A stretch of 63,998 bases of DNA, counting the filler, from Porpidia crustulata (lineage: Eukaryota), in assembly GCA_964255105.1 (NCBI GenBank). It is 3 parts of 3 records of this genome, joined end to end, with 100 filler letters (N's around TTAATTAATTAA, not from the genome) between each part and the next. Parts side by side here need not be neighbours in the genome. Positions count along the whole stretch, not along the records: positions 47,178 to 63,998 come from CAXUWE010000241.1; 2 more parts are not named here. The stretch is one strand, 5' to 3'. Each line of letters opens with the position of its first letter. Position 1 is the stretch's first letter. Below the pieces are notes generated by a model, which was not told the origin of the DNA, did no database searches, and saw only the letters and a list, made by a program, of their open reading frames with translations. Shown here in pieces: positions 47,678 to 60,339 of this stretch. The translations under genes were made by a program, and so were the position numbers.

Positions 47678-49470
47678 CTATTGACCTTCCCATTCTTTGA
47701 AACTCTGCTGTCGCTGCCTTGAGTTCCAATTCAACGTCCTCGAGATACTACTGACCCAATCCTCGCTTCTCCTTCCTAGTGGCATTACATTGGCAAACGG
47801 ATATCGAGAAGCTGAGACGGTCACATAATCGCCTGGGCAAAGCTCCACCCTGATCTACGTTAGCATTGCGTAGCCTAGGAAGCGAAAAAGCAGAAAGTAC
47901 CTCTCCCGCCCGTCAAAACTTGCCCACGAGGAAGTTCGAGCATCATAAGGAACACCAACACGAAGCACAATGGTATCAGGAAGAATGATTGGTCGGAATG
48001 ACAACGTATGAGCGCAAATAGCAGTCACAAGTATGACTGGATTCTCCGGATGGCATAGCGACCCTCCTGCAGCGAGATTGTAAGCAGTTGATCCAGTAGG
48101 CGTGGCGACACAGATTCCATCAGCTTGCACTGTGGTGAAGTGCTCATCATCTCCAAATATTTCGATTGATGACATCGCTATATCTGAATCAGTGACGAAG
48201 GTGGTAAAGACACGGTACACCTACTAGGATTAGGGCCCCGATCAACAACGATATCATTCAGGATCTCGTATGATCCATCAGGTTTATGGGTATATTCGTT
48301 TTCCGCTTCCTCTCCAATCAGCTCATCCACCAAGTCTTTTTCTTCAGCTCGGTCTCGGTTTTGGGACCGCATGACTGTGCCTTCAAACCTCAAACGCAAG
48401 CTTACTGTAACCCCTTCAGTGAAAGCCTTTGTGAGGGTGTTTTCAAAGCCAGCATAATCAAATTTTGTAAGAAATCCTAGAGAGCCCAAAGCGAACGAGA
48501 GCACCGGTGGCACAATCCTTTGAAAGAGCCAGCTAGCATATAGAAGAGTCCCATCACCTCCAAGCTATTATAAGTCAGCCTTGCTTATCTATACACTTCT
48601 TTGGGAGAATTACAGTCACCACGAAATCAAATGTCTGTGGCTGCTTCTCGCATAACTCGTTTGTCCAGTACTTTAATCGGCCTTCTCGGGACGAGTCTGG
48701 TGATACTAAGCCCTGAGCATCGAACTTGCGGTTGTGCTCCAACGTGTGCTCAACAAATCTGGACAACGTCAGCCTTTTCATGTTACTTCAAAGCGAAAGG
48801 GAACGCACACAATATAGGGCGTCGGTCGATCTTTTGAAAGCAGCCACTCAACGACTTCTCTCGTGTATACAATCAAAGCTTCGTCGTGGGCCTTGGTTAG
48901 GAGGAATACAGTTTTGACCTTCAGTCTCAGTCTGATACTACCCAACTTCTTCGATAGCTCTCGAACACCCCAGGCCATGTCCACCAATTGTTTTTTGGTA
49001 AGCAGTCTCGAGTTTGTGACCGGGCCATTTCCGTTACCAGCCTTGTCCTGCTTGGCATTTTCCTTGATGTCTTGTAGAACACTAGAGTTCCCCGATTTCT
49101 TCTGTTTGTTGAGAAGAGAATGCACGAAGCAGTCCGTGTCTTGACGTCTCTCTGCCACAAGCGACGACTTGCGACGATGTTGATTCTCCTCGTCGAAAAC
49201 TACCTAATCCCGCACCTCAGCTCAAGCATGCTGTGAGGATGACAGACAGGCATTGAGACCTCAAGAGCATGCTGATACTCAGATTCGCTGGCGCTTGAGT
49301 CAGGATTGTCCTTCTGCAGATATCAGCATCTTTTATTCTTCAGCAGTCAAGTTTCGAGCGCCATTTCCATCAGCGAGACCGACCTTGTCCCTCAACTCTT
49401 TGGCGTCAAGGTTCGTCGGTTCTCCCACATCCAAATATTCCCGGTTACGATCTGTCATTGCGTGTACCAT
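47678..49470 (-). CDS. ATP-NAD(H) kinase (Utr1/Yef1-type); multi-exon, start approximate
   Basis: [76 protein letters not shown] and [11 protein letters not shown]. Ends [19 protein letters not shown]. Confidence 0.92.
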
Positions 49471-52400
49471 GCTCGTATCTATTAATGCTGACGACATTCA
49501 ATGGATACCCTCGGGGATACCTCTATGGGATGGCGGTGTGTTATGTTTGAGGTACTAGTGGTACACTGTACATATTTCACCATCTCCTCACATACAGTAT
49601 GATTGTTGAATTACCAAGCCGTGCAAGCGTACCTACCTTACTCACATCTTCCTATCGGTCATCGAATATCTAACGGGCACTAACCCCTCAAAGGAACAGT
49701 CTAGAGTCCCTAGGGTCAAGATCTACTTCTCGGTGGGCACTGAGACACCGATAGCGCTAACAGAGAGCCTCACCGAATTGATGGTGTAACGATCCTGGAA
49801 TTACCTGGAGAATTGCTTAATCCTCTGCTCTCAATTATAAGCGTAGGAGCTAGCACTCAGTATCATAATGCCCAGCTGATCTATTCGACTTAGACTATTA
49901 AACAACGTTATTTGCTCACAATTGATAATCTCAAAGTCGTGTCACGTTCCCAAGAGCATATAATAGCGTTGCTACATGCGCAAGACAGTCATGGCCATTG
50001 CTGTAAGGCCAAGCGGCTGGATATGGCTATTCGAGTACCTGGGTTAAGCGACTTACAAGAATAAGGGTTTCACGGGGATAAGTATTTTCTGCAGAGACTG
50101 AGAGAGTGGCTCCGACATATGCTGTGATTATCGGAGGGATTCCTTGTTGCCGTCAATATGGACATTCCATTTTGTTGGCTCATTGGCGATATTACCGTCT
50201 TCATCCTCTGGAAATTGGCGACTGCAAGTATGATGCTAAAGAAGTAATGTGTACCGTTTTGAGTGTTCTTGCCCCTTTCCGGTACGGAGGTGAGGAGGTC
50301 TGGATGCAGGTTGAAGATCGTCACTCTTCCGCCAGAAGGTACCTTGTTATTTGGTCAGACGTCGCTTGCCGAACGAGTGCACTGTGTCGCGATTTGTAAT
50401 GGGTCAGCTTCGATGCTTGCGACGTTACCGTCGACGTGCGTCGAGTCATGTCTTGCGCCTCGCCTTTACACTTGCACCTCGGTATCGATAGCTGATCACA
50501 CAAATGCGTGCGGTGTGTGAATATCCGAGGAGTACCGGCTGAATCCTTGACGTGCATGGTGCGGCGTGGGATTAATCAGAAGCGTGTGTATGCTTCAAGT
50601 TACACCTTGCAGCTCAGGTGGCTAAGAGAAGAATACATACTCATCTCATATGGGGTAACCTGCCCGTACTCCGTAGCGCGCCACGCGTTCTTCTCGGTTC
50701 GTGTCAAAGGTGTAAGACATGTATTTGCGACTGTCAGTGTGCCATCAGAGCAGATCCTGAGGAGATGGCTTATCAACGAAGCACTACAGCTACGCGAGTT
50801 ATCAAACCATAATTGGCGTGGCAGCAGCTGGTGCTACCGGAAGTGCAATCACGAGAGCCTCGAAGGATGGATCTTCACTCTGAATAAGGTACTCGATATT
50901 GGAGTGTAAGCCAGCGCTTGCTGATCTCCGTCGTATCCACAAATGAGCCTGGCTCGCACGCTCGCATCTCTAACGTGAGATTAATATCCATGTAATACGC
51001 TTGATGGTGAAGAGCAGGCACGCAGGTTACATATCCTTGCAGAATGTTGAGGTTGGGAATAGGTGTGCTCATTCTGAGTTGGTGTATGCGGTAGGTGCAA
51101 GAAGTGTGTTTGGAGCAAGGTCGGCCGGATGGTAAGGAAGCCTGGTTGACAACGAAGCCAAATGGATTGCCCCATGAAGCCAAGCTGAACCTAAGACTGT
51201 TCGCGTATAGTGGGGTTGTATAATTGTGATCCCATATATTCGTTGCATTTCTCACTGGCGCCGATCAGCGGGAACCAGGGAGTCGGGGCGGTTGTAGACG
51301 TTCGAGACGTGGTGTGCTGAAAGTTTAAGACACCTGCCTGGTTGGTTCATGAATCTTAGCGCCATCCAAGGTATCCGGTGGCTTGTAAGATTTTGCCTGC
51401 CACAGTCGTAGTCAGGCAGTGGTCTATGCAGGTAGCCTTGTACATGTGGATTGGCAAAGTTTGTGTAGTAGGCGTGTGTGTGCGCATGCGTATGAGACTA
51501 TCAATTGTATGTGTCGGTATCTATCTAGTGAGGCTTTCTTAGAACGGCTTCTAACGTATGTGGATTGGCGGCGGGGTATGAATTTTGCGTTAAATGAATT
51601 ATGACTGGGTATGAAATTTTCTGAACGCCAATCATCCCGTGGGCTTTGATTGGCGTTGCCATGACTTCGCTCCAATTGTCCATCCGTTTCTGTCAAAAGC
51701 CGTCTTCCTATTTGCCAGCATCTTTATTTGCCGACCCATGAAAACGCTGGACTGGGAGACGAGAGATGGCATCGGAACTAAGGCAGTAGTCAAGACAGAT
51801 GACTTGGTAGCCAATCATCTGTAGGCATCGTTCGGGATCGTCTGCATGTGTTTTGAAGACGGTATCGCATAGTTGTGTCGCGATCTAACTCGAACCGTGT
51901 GGCATGTACCTCACATTTGTCGTACCTGGTAGTCAGTTTGAACTTAACTACGTAGCAGGCAGAGGGTCGACGACAGGCTTCGAGACAACACCGTCTTAGC
52001 CACCTGGGATTGTAAAGTGGATGGCTTCCTGATGGTATTGATAGCTAGCGCTTGCCTTGACTTCTTGCTTTCTACTACGGTGTCCACATTATCACACCCT
52101 GACTCGCAAGTAGAGTGCTCTTGGTTCTTGCCTGGTTCCACTAAGTACGTTCGTGGTGGTGTGTCGTAACCTGTAACTTCCTCCTTAATCTTGGTGCCTC
52201 TTAGCTCTGAGTAATTGGAAGGCTGATTCCTCAAGCTTTGGTCACCTCCGATTCCCCCGCGCCTCAACGCACGCTTATGGCCATCCCTGGTGTGTTCGGA
52301 GAATACGACAGAAGGACTTGCGGTGCGTCACACTAGACGTAGGACGATTCTTTATTGCCTTATGGAGTGCAGGCTATTTGCAGTGAGCGAGGCCTCTGTG

Positions 52401-53319
52401 GTGCAGCGCAGGCCCTGATTGGAAAAAGTCTATATCAGTACCCAGCATATGGTGGCAGACGTTCGTGATTGCTTTTCTGTCCGTTGGCTGTTGAGGCTTC
52501 CTCCACCACCAAGAATCCAAGGATTGCTACGCAACACTATTACCTAGGTACACAAGGTACGGCGGTTGGCCGTGTCAGATCACGTCTCTTGACCGCTTCT
52601 TACGAGGCCGATCCAAATTACCGGCGCGGAAGGACTGTGGGTATGTAAGGTATGTGGGTATCTAGGTGGTTAGGTAGCCTGGCGTAGGGTATTGGCAATT
52701 GGTGCCACCAGCGAAACGGCACACGTCCAGCTGCCCCCTTCCCAAACCGAGGCGACCTTGTTTTATTTGCACCCTCGAAGCAACCCGGTTTGTGTAGCAA
52801 ATAACATTAAATTTCGCGCGGGTCTATAACTCGCATGGGATGATGGGATGATGACGGGGGCAGGGGTCTCGTCTCAACCCTCTTGTTGGCGTTCCACTTC
52901 CGAAAGCATCACGCTTACCTTACCTACTCTACGGAGATTCCGTACCAAACTACTAACATCAAAAAGTACCATTCAGATTCCCCAATTCTGGCTGCATGCC
53001 TGTATTCCCGCCAACGCCAATCTGTTTCCCCCCCGGACGAACTTGCCGGCCGTGGGGTCTAAGAGTCTAGAGGCCTGAAAGTTCACGATGGTGGCTCCAA
53101 CTCCGTGCGTAATGCGCCTCTGTCTCATCGTTACTCATCCCTTTCAGTATCTTAGTCTCCCTTATAGCCCTTCTACGTCCCATACATTGCAAAAGCTTGT
53201 TATGGAATTTCGTTCGAGCTTTGCGAATTCCACAGGTTTCCTTCTTTGAACAAGCATATTTCAGAATGAGCCAATATCATTGATCTTCTACCTACCCATT
53301 TTCTCGTCACAGACTGGTC

Positions 53320-54594
53320 ATGTTTCAATCGCATGACAACAGGCCGATGTTGTATTCGATGCCTTCCACGGAAGTTGATGCCATGCTCGCCAACATATCA
53401 AGCCAAATGGCACAGGCGCAACTTCTGAGACGCCTCTCAGGAAATTCTGGTAGCAATGCAGTGAGCGGAAGAAGAACCTCGACAAAGGTTCTGAAAACGA
53501 ATAGCGTCGGAACCAGTCCTCATAACTGTCATCTTCAACGCCGAAAAACCACAACATCACAACCAACACGAACTAGTCACCCAGGGGCGGCGGACAGATG
53601 CCAGGTACGGGCACAGAAATTGGGAAGCAACTGTTCCTCTCGGAGACAATCAGGGCAAGGACGGCCAATGAGTTGGCATCCTGGCTCGAGGAATAATGAG
53701 GCCGTAGCGAAACACCTTCCTAGCGGCGAGCCGACGCTTAGGAACACTATTGCCGGACTAGAAACGCTGGCGGTCGTCGAAGACCCCATTCCCTCGAATC
53801 AATTATTTATGGGTGGTGCCACGATAAACTCTACAACTCAGTCGTACCAGGAACAAGAGATGGCTCTACATCCTCAGTATTATGCAAATGAGGAGCCAGC
53901 AATCTTCGAACCTCCAGTAGCAAACATACAAGATTACCAACACCGGATGGATGTGAACAGAACATCATACGCTTCCTACGCCTTGTACAACGCCCCTGGC
54001 CAATCTCAGACTCACGACGGGCAACTCCCTTATGAGTATGAATACGATCGTTATGCGTTGGCGCAATTACAATCTTCGAACTTAGCCCATCTCTCTTCCA
54101 CCATAGACGGATATCCCATTATACCGACGTCAGACTTTCTTCCGATACAACGTCCGGCAGATAATATGGGGAAGCTCAACGTCCCGATCATTACGAAGAA
54201 GAAGAGTAGCGAGTTGGTGGGGATGGGTCTATATGACAACGTAGAGAGAGATAACAGCCAGGTTTCGAACAATCTTGCGATGTTGTCAGGAGAGCCGATG
54301 GGTAGAGGTTTAAAATTAGAAGAAACGTGGCAGCCTCCAAAGGGTGACGAAGAAGAGGATGACGACGACGACGACAGTTCTTCAGCAGACGAGGCCGAAG
54401 AAGACGTACCTGTCAGCTTTGCTGAAATTGAGCACCAGCCAGCGTTCTATCCTACATACGGTGACATGTCGAATCAGTCCTTCTTATTCGATAACGATGA
54501 TCAATATCCCAATTGTATGGCCTTCGACCACACAATGCAACTCAATCAGCCCAAAGCGCCAGATCCCATCCTGGAGAATTCCCTGTGGTTTTGA
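53320..54594 (+). CDS. Conserved filamentous-fungal hypothetical protein, largely disordered
   Basis: 424-aa ORF with short motifs that I recall as conserved in Pezizomycotina proteins (RPMSWHP, ELVGMGLYD, GRGLKLEETWQPP) and an acidic tract. Confidence 0.75.
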   Translation: MFQSHDNRPMLYSMPSTEVDAMLANISSQMAQAQLLRRLSGNSGSNAVSGRRTSTKVLKTNSVGTSPHNCHLQRRKTTTSQPTRTSHPGAADRCQVRAQKLGSNCSSRRQSGQGRPMSWHPGSRNNEAVAKHLPSGEPTLRNTIAGLETLAVVEDPIPSNQLFMGGATINSTTQSYQEQEMALHPQYYANEEPAIFEPPVANIQDYQHRMDVNRTSYASYALYNAPGQSQTHDGQLPYEYEYDRYALAQLQSSNLAHLSSTIDGYPIIPTSDFLPIQRPADNMGKLNVPIITKKKSSELVGMGLYDNVERDNSQVSNNLAMLSGEPMGRGLKLEETWQPPKGDEEEDDDDDDSSSADEAEEDVPVSFAEIEHQPAFYPTYGDMSNQSFLFDNDDQYPNCMAFDHTMQLNQPKAPDPILENSLWF

Positions 54595-55934
54595 GAGGAT
54601 CTTGATATGCTGGCTTGAATGGCGCCATTCACGTGTGGGAAAACATGTTCAGAGCGAGGTATTACGATTTGTTGAGAGATCATCGAACCATCGTAGGCGC
54701 TAGAACCTCGGTCCTTTGAATTGCTGGGAGGTAGCCTGTCTTGTTTTTAGATACCCCAAGCATTAGGAGTATGGGGCGACGTAATTGGAGCGTCACTTGA
54801 AGCTTAAACATATGTTCCACTGGTGTCTCGATTGAAGGCTCTACTGACTTCTGGAACAGAGACTGAAGGCTGTGAGACATGGAGCGCTAATAAGAAGCTT
54901 GTGTTCCGTGGGGGATTGAGAAAACGGTTAGTCTCGGCTCGCTTGAGGATAAGACTGCAGATTGTTCCCCACGCCATTCTCATGCAACGTTGAAACTCAA
55001 GTTTCTTTAGATTCTGCTTCGCAGTCTTGCATACGCATCCCCCTAACTCAAGCTAAGGCATATCAATCGCCCTTTGCGATAGGCGTATCCGTTCGGCTCC
55101 GAGTCGGAATGTCTAGATTAAGGGTTAGCGGTACTAACGTACGAGGTACAGTAGTGCTTATGATTGGATTCAGAAATAGCGATTCTCTAGCTCGCCGAGA
55201 AACACCCTGCACAGCTGTCAGAGCGGACGGTTGTCGCAAGAAGCCTTCTTTGGATTCCGCCTGCTCCTTTCCTCATAGACTGCCTTGCTAGGGAAGGCAT
55301 ATATGCAAGACCTGGGACAGACAACCCTCATGTAGTGCGTACCTTTACATTTTATATCTCCAGAAGATTTTTGTGAGGCAAGTAAGATGGCACCAGGCGA
55401 AGGTCGCAGAAACTCTAGGCACTCCCGTTTGGAAGAACCGTTGTTTGCTGTATCGTCCTTTTCGCCAAGTTTCCAGAGATTTACAGAATGGAGCGCTTAA
55501 ATTAAGGGCAAGAGCATCCATTTCAACGATCTAATGTCATGCTCGTCCTCCCAATGCGGTGGACTTCAAAACCTAATGGGTCTACAAAGCAGGATCCTTA
55601 CCCAAGTTTTGCTTACTGCGTGTTTATCTGCCAGACTCACCGCAGGACAACATGATATCGGCTGTACATAAGGCCCATTACGTGATTGTATACTTAGTGA
55701 AGCCTCCCTCATTACATATGTCAACCCTAAGTATTCAGTATCTCCTCGTGGTCCTCAAGAAGTACTAGTGCGGCTCAAATCAAACTACTCTCTGCTCTTA
55801 GCGGCCCGACATCCGAAACTGCTGCGCCACAAATATATTCAATCCAGATTTATCGGTTTAAATAAACTAGCCTGAGTGAATTCAGATATCATTGATGGTC
55901 ATCATACATGCTTCGCGATGAATAGTGGGTAGGT

Positions 55935-57937
55935 ATGGATCGCCTTGTATTCATGCCTTGGCGGGACAAGAGTGAGATACTCACGGTACGACGCTGGCTC
56001 TACTCAGCCAACGGCAACACAGAGCCAGATCTGCGAAGAAAAGCATGTGGTCGAGTGAGTACATATTTGTACATTCTGCGCCAGTCATATTTTACTCCCT
56101 GGTATCATTAACTTCTTTGACGCTTTTGAAAAGAGTGTCTACTTGATATTTCAATGTTGACCGAGCCGGTTTCTGTTGAGCTTCTCTCTTCATCGTCGGG
56201 TTTCCCTCGATAATGGTAGCCCGATAAGAAGATGAGCTTGTCGGTAAGACAGAATGCATAGCAGTTGTCTTAGTCAATGCTCCGCGACTTAGTGTTCACC
56301 TATCATTAGTTTCTAGCCCGTGTATTGGCTATGCAATTTCATAGTTGCGTTCGTGCAAGGCTTCAGTACAGCTTTGCATGAATAAGATCACATTCACTCG
56401 AATCCGGAGGAATGAACGGTCCAAATTGCACTATGATTGGTACAGTACTGATGAAGTGCTTAGATTTCGGCTTGGAAGCTACGTGGCAACCTTCCGCATG
56501 CTGTAGAATCCACATGGCTCATCACAGATGCAATGCTGAGCGATGATACAAGAAATAATCAACTCTCTCCATCTACTATTCGCGCGTGCTATAGTACGGC
56601 TTTGTGTCGGTGAGTCTATGGAGAGCTTGAAACACTTCGAGCTGGCGGGTGTGTGTGATCTGACTGGATCAGCTTTGTGACTGGCCTTGTCGACTCCGAA
56701 CAAGATTCCAAATTCAAAGTGTCTATGTACTTGAAGGCAAAGCAAATGGGGCTGCCTGCCTCATTTGTCGAGTTACGTCATGAAGCGACCCATGGGGAAT
56801 TGCCATCTATGATTGTTTTTCGTCGAGCTGCAGAAAGATCATTAATCTGGCTATGGAACGATTACTGGAAATATCTTGACGTGCAGCATGGAAATTTGGA
56901 GGAAGATGAGATCGATGCCTTCGAGGAGGGCCGCGAAGAGCTTAAGAAGAAGCTTAGGGTCATCCTCCGTGACTACAGCGAGACTTGCATGAAAAACGCC
57001 GGAATGACGGATCGCGATCCTACAACAACGGCAGCCCGTTTGATCGACCAGGCATGTCTTGAACTTGTAAAGATCTGCCAGAACGAGAGATTAGCCCTCA
57101 GCGAGTTAGTAAAAGTTTTGCTGGAAGACGATATGATGATTCCGAGCTCACGTTTGTGAGTACTAATGGCCTGCTTGTCCAATGGTTTGGCTAACAGGGC
57201 TAGGTAGGTTGGGTAATAAATTATGCTCAGTCTTCCCCTTATGGGACGGCTTACTAAGAAGGATGGCATTCCACCAATCCGAATTTCTTACCATGCTCAC
57301 GGCCGAGATGATGATTCTTCTGATTTCTCCTTCGAAGCTTGACATCGCTCTCGACTCGTATCGAGAGGCTTTGGCTATGTGGCTTGAATGGATATACACC
57401 AACAAGGGATGGGTAGCCGCAATGAAGCGAGGGAAGCTCGATGACAAGGTTATTATGGAAACCTGTCTACGAAGTCCGAGTCATTGGACAGTCCGTCTTG
57501 CCGTCGCGCTTATTGGGAGCTCGGGCCACGAGATGGCAAGGGGTGTCTACGCAGACCGTGTTAACAAAGCAGCCGAGGGTCTGTCCTTTAATTCCAAAAC
57601 CCCAATATTCCGACCCATTTCGATTGAGAATCTTGACCGTTTACTACCATCCCAACGCGGATGGTTGGAATCAGAGGAAGGGCCCGTGGAAAAGGCTAGA
57701 TACCTGAAGCGTGTCAAAACCCTGGACGAACAGCCAGAGGAGCCACAACATCGAGGGATGAAGCTGGCATCAGCAGCGAGTATACGGCAACACGATTCCC
57801 AATCGAAGACGGCGGGTGTAATATTTGAGAAGAAGTCAGAGGTAATGTTAGACGACGGAGGGGAGGAAGGTGTCGAGACTCAGGGCTGGAGTAAATGGGA
57901 GGGAGTGTGGATTGCAAAGCCCATTGGCGTGGTCTGA
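55935..57937 (+). CDS. LAS1: Las1 pre-rRNA ITS2 (C2) HEPN endoribonuclease; 4 exons
   Basis: [23 protein letters not shown]...[24 protein letters not shown]...YSTALCR|FVTGLVD...[26 protein letters not shown] contains the HEPN RHxxxH motif. The C-terminus is [17 protein letters not shown]. Confidence 0.92.
56055..56463 (+). ncRNA. Candidate structured intronic RNA (possible H/ACA snoRNA or cis-regulatory element) in LAS1 intron 1
   Basis: 409-nt intron where other introns here are about 50-110 nt. It has multiple stems with G-U pairs on the sense strand and an ACA (56442-56444) right after a closing stem. Confidence 0.45.
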
Positions 57938-58552
57938 GACGATCTCGAGAAGCGCTTAATCGTGGAAATGGAAGAACCAAGCACGTGAGCGAGGAGTCTC
58001 TCAACAATGATAGCCAAGGTGTCGACGGAGTTTGTCTTTGCGCTGGATGACTCGGCAGCCTGTTGGTACAGATGTTTATTTACACACGTACGAAAGACAA
58101 GCATCGCACATCGTATCAAATTCAAAGCCACCAACGATACTGCACCACTGAAGTAACACCTTTTGACTCATTGCACTTTATACTCGTAGTCGGTTCATGT
58201 GGCATCTGATGATGGTGCAGGCGGTGCAGCTGATAGGTTGATGGAGCGAACCGTCAAAGATAAGATACGGATAAAATCGATAATGTGGCGTGATAGCCCC
58301 TCACGCCCCCACGCCCCCTGAAGCCTTTTTTCACATGTCAAAATAGTCGGCAATCCTTCAACGATCTTGAAAACAGCAGCGACTGCAATGGTGCTTGATA
58401 AGGAACACGACGACAACATCAGTGGCGACAAAGAAGAATTACACACATTCTTGTATTTTGATTCCTAACGAAGGTGAGATGTTCACGTGAAGACAGATAC
58501 CAAGAAAACAAAAGAGCTAGGAAGCCTAGGGGCGTCTGTGGCAACACTCGTA

Positions 58553-59926
58553 ATGGCTAGCCTTCCCGTTATCCCAGTGCACGACGGATTCGTCACGCCA
58601 GCATCCTACCTGCGTCGTCCACGAGGGCATTCCAAACCAATGGCTCCGGCCGAGCCAGAGAGTGCAGTCGAGCGCGACCAACGCCTGGGCTTGGTGAGTG
58701 ATTGCCATCCATTATGCTTTACGTCCCCCATGGACGCATTCGCGCCGACCGAATAGATGCTGACATAATCCCTCTGTCGCGCAGCAACGGATTCGAGATT
58801 TCCTCAAGGTCCGGACGAGTTATGATGTCTTACCGCTGAGTTTTCGCTTGATTATCTTTGATACTGCCCTCTTGGTGAAGAAGAGCCTCACGATCCTCAT
58901 TCAAAATGGTTAGCTTGAACGTGCTTGATCTCGACGCTGGACTGATCTTCGACAGGCATCGTCTCGGCCCCACTATGGGATTCGAAGACTTCGACATTCG
59001 CTGGATTACTGACCACCTCCGACTACCTCAATCTCATTCAATACTACTGGCAGAACCCCGAGGCTGTCGCACGGATCGACCAATTCAAGCTGAACAGTCT
59101 TCGTGGTAAGCTGCGAGAACAAATTATGCTCAGTCCCTCCTTTCCATTGACTAACATTGATACGAAGACATCGAAAAAGCGATTGGCGTAGCTCCTCTTG
59201 AGACTGTCTCAATTCATCCCTTACGACCCCTCTACGAAGCTTGCCGGCGCATGTTGGAGTCTAGAGCTCGCCGCATTCCGCTCGTCGACATCGATGATGA
59301 GACTAAGCGTGCTATGGTTGTCAGCGTTGTAACCCAGTATCGAATTCTGAAGTTTGTTGCAGTCAACGTCTCGGAAACGCAGCTACTTCGAAAGCCTTTG
59401 AGAATACTCAATCTTGGTACTTACCAGAATCTTGAGACTGCGAAGATGGAAACACCTGTATTCGACGTTATCCATCAGCTTGTAAATTACAATATTTCTA
59501 GCGTGCCTATCTTAAATAGCGATGGTACGTACCTCTTGTTGCCAGAGAAGCAAAGATAGGCTGATTGCTTTAGGGGTTGTCACGAACGTGTTTGAAGCAG
59601 TGGATGTCATTACTCTTATCAAGGGTAGCACGTACGATGAATTGAATCTCAATGTTGGCGAGGCCCTCCAAAAACGCTCGGATGTCTGTTACCTCTAGTA
59701 TGATGTGAAACGATTGTACTGACCCTGCCAATAGGATTTTCCCGGAATATTTACCTGCTCCATTGATGATCGCCTGGATACTATATTCGACACCATCCGG
59801 AAATCTCGAGTTCACAGGCTTGTGATCATCGACGAAGATAGTCGGCTAGTTGGCGTATTGACATTGAGCGATATCCTCGAATATATTCTTCTCGAAGGGG
59901 AAGGGGATGATGCGAAGCGAGAGTGA
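58553..59926 (+). CDS. SNF4: AMPK/Snf1 gamma subunit (four CBS domains); multi-exon
   Basis: IRDFLKVRTSYDVLPLSFRLIIFDT, SAPLWDS..FAGLLT.SDYLNLIQYY, PLRPLYEACRRML.SRARRIPLVD, TQYRILKFVAVN, ISSVPI and RVHRLVIIDE..LVGVLTLSDILEYILL. Confidence 0.95.
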
Positions 59927-60339
59927 TATCAGAAGGCTGAATATTGATTGTGCATTTACGCGGTGTTCGATATCCTAAGGCGTGGTGGCTTGGCAAAAAT
60001 CTTGCGTGATAACCCATTTGGCTTTTCGATGATAGAGACAATAGAGGCAACCAGGATACGACAAGAGGCGGGATGTTCACAATACGAAAATCGTACAAAT
60101 ATCAATGTCTTCATGGTTGCCCTCGTCATATTGCCTTGTTTTCTAGCCATTGCATACCTGGTCGACGGTCGTATTGACAGTATTATTCACGGAAGGTGAG
60201 GTCTGATCACCTCAATGGCCCACTCGAGCTCTGGCAACAGGCAAGAGCGACTAATGCAGCCAAACTGAATAGATTCCAAACCATGTCTCATCTCGTCTTC
60301 CTCGCATTCACAGCAATCAGCATTCATAAAAATATCACT

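Noticed and set aside
56126..56142. TTTGAAAAGAG in the LAS1 intron resembling a large-subunit rRNA segment
   Set aside because: An 11-nt match recalled from memory is too short to support rRNA mimicry on its own.
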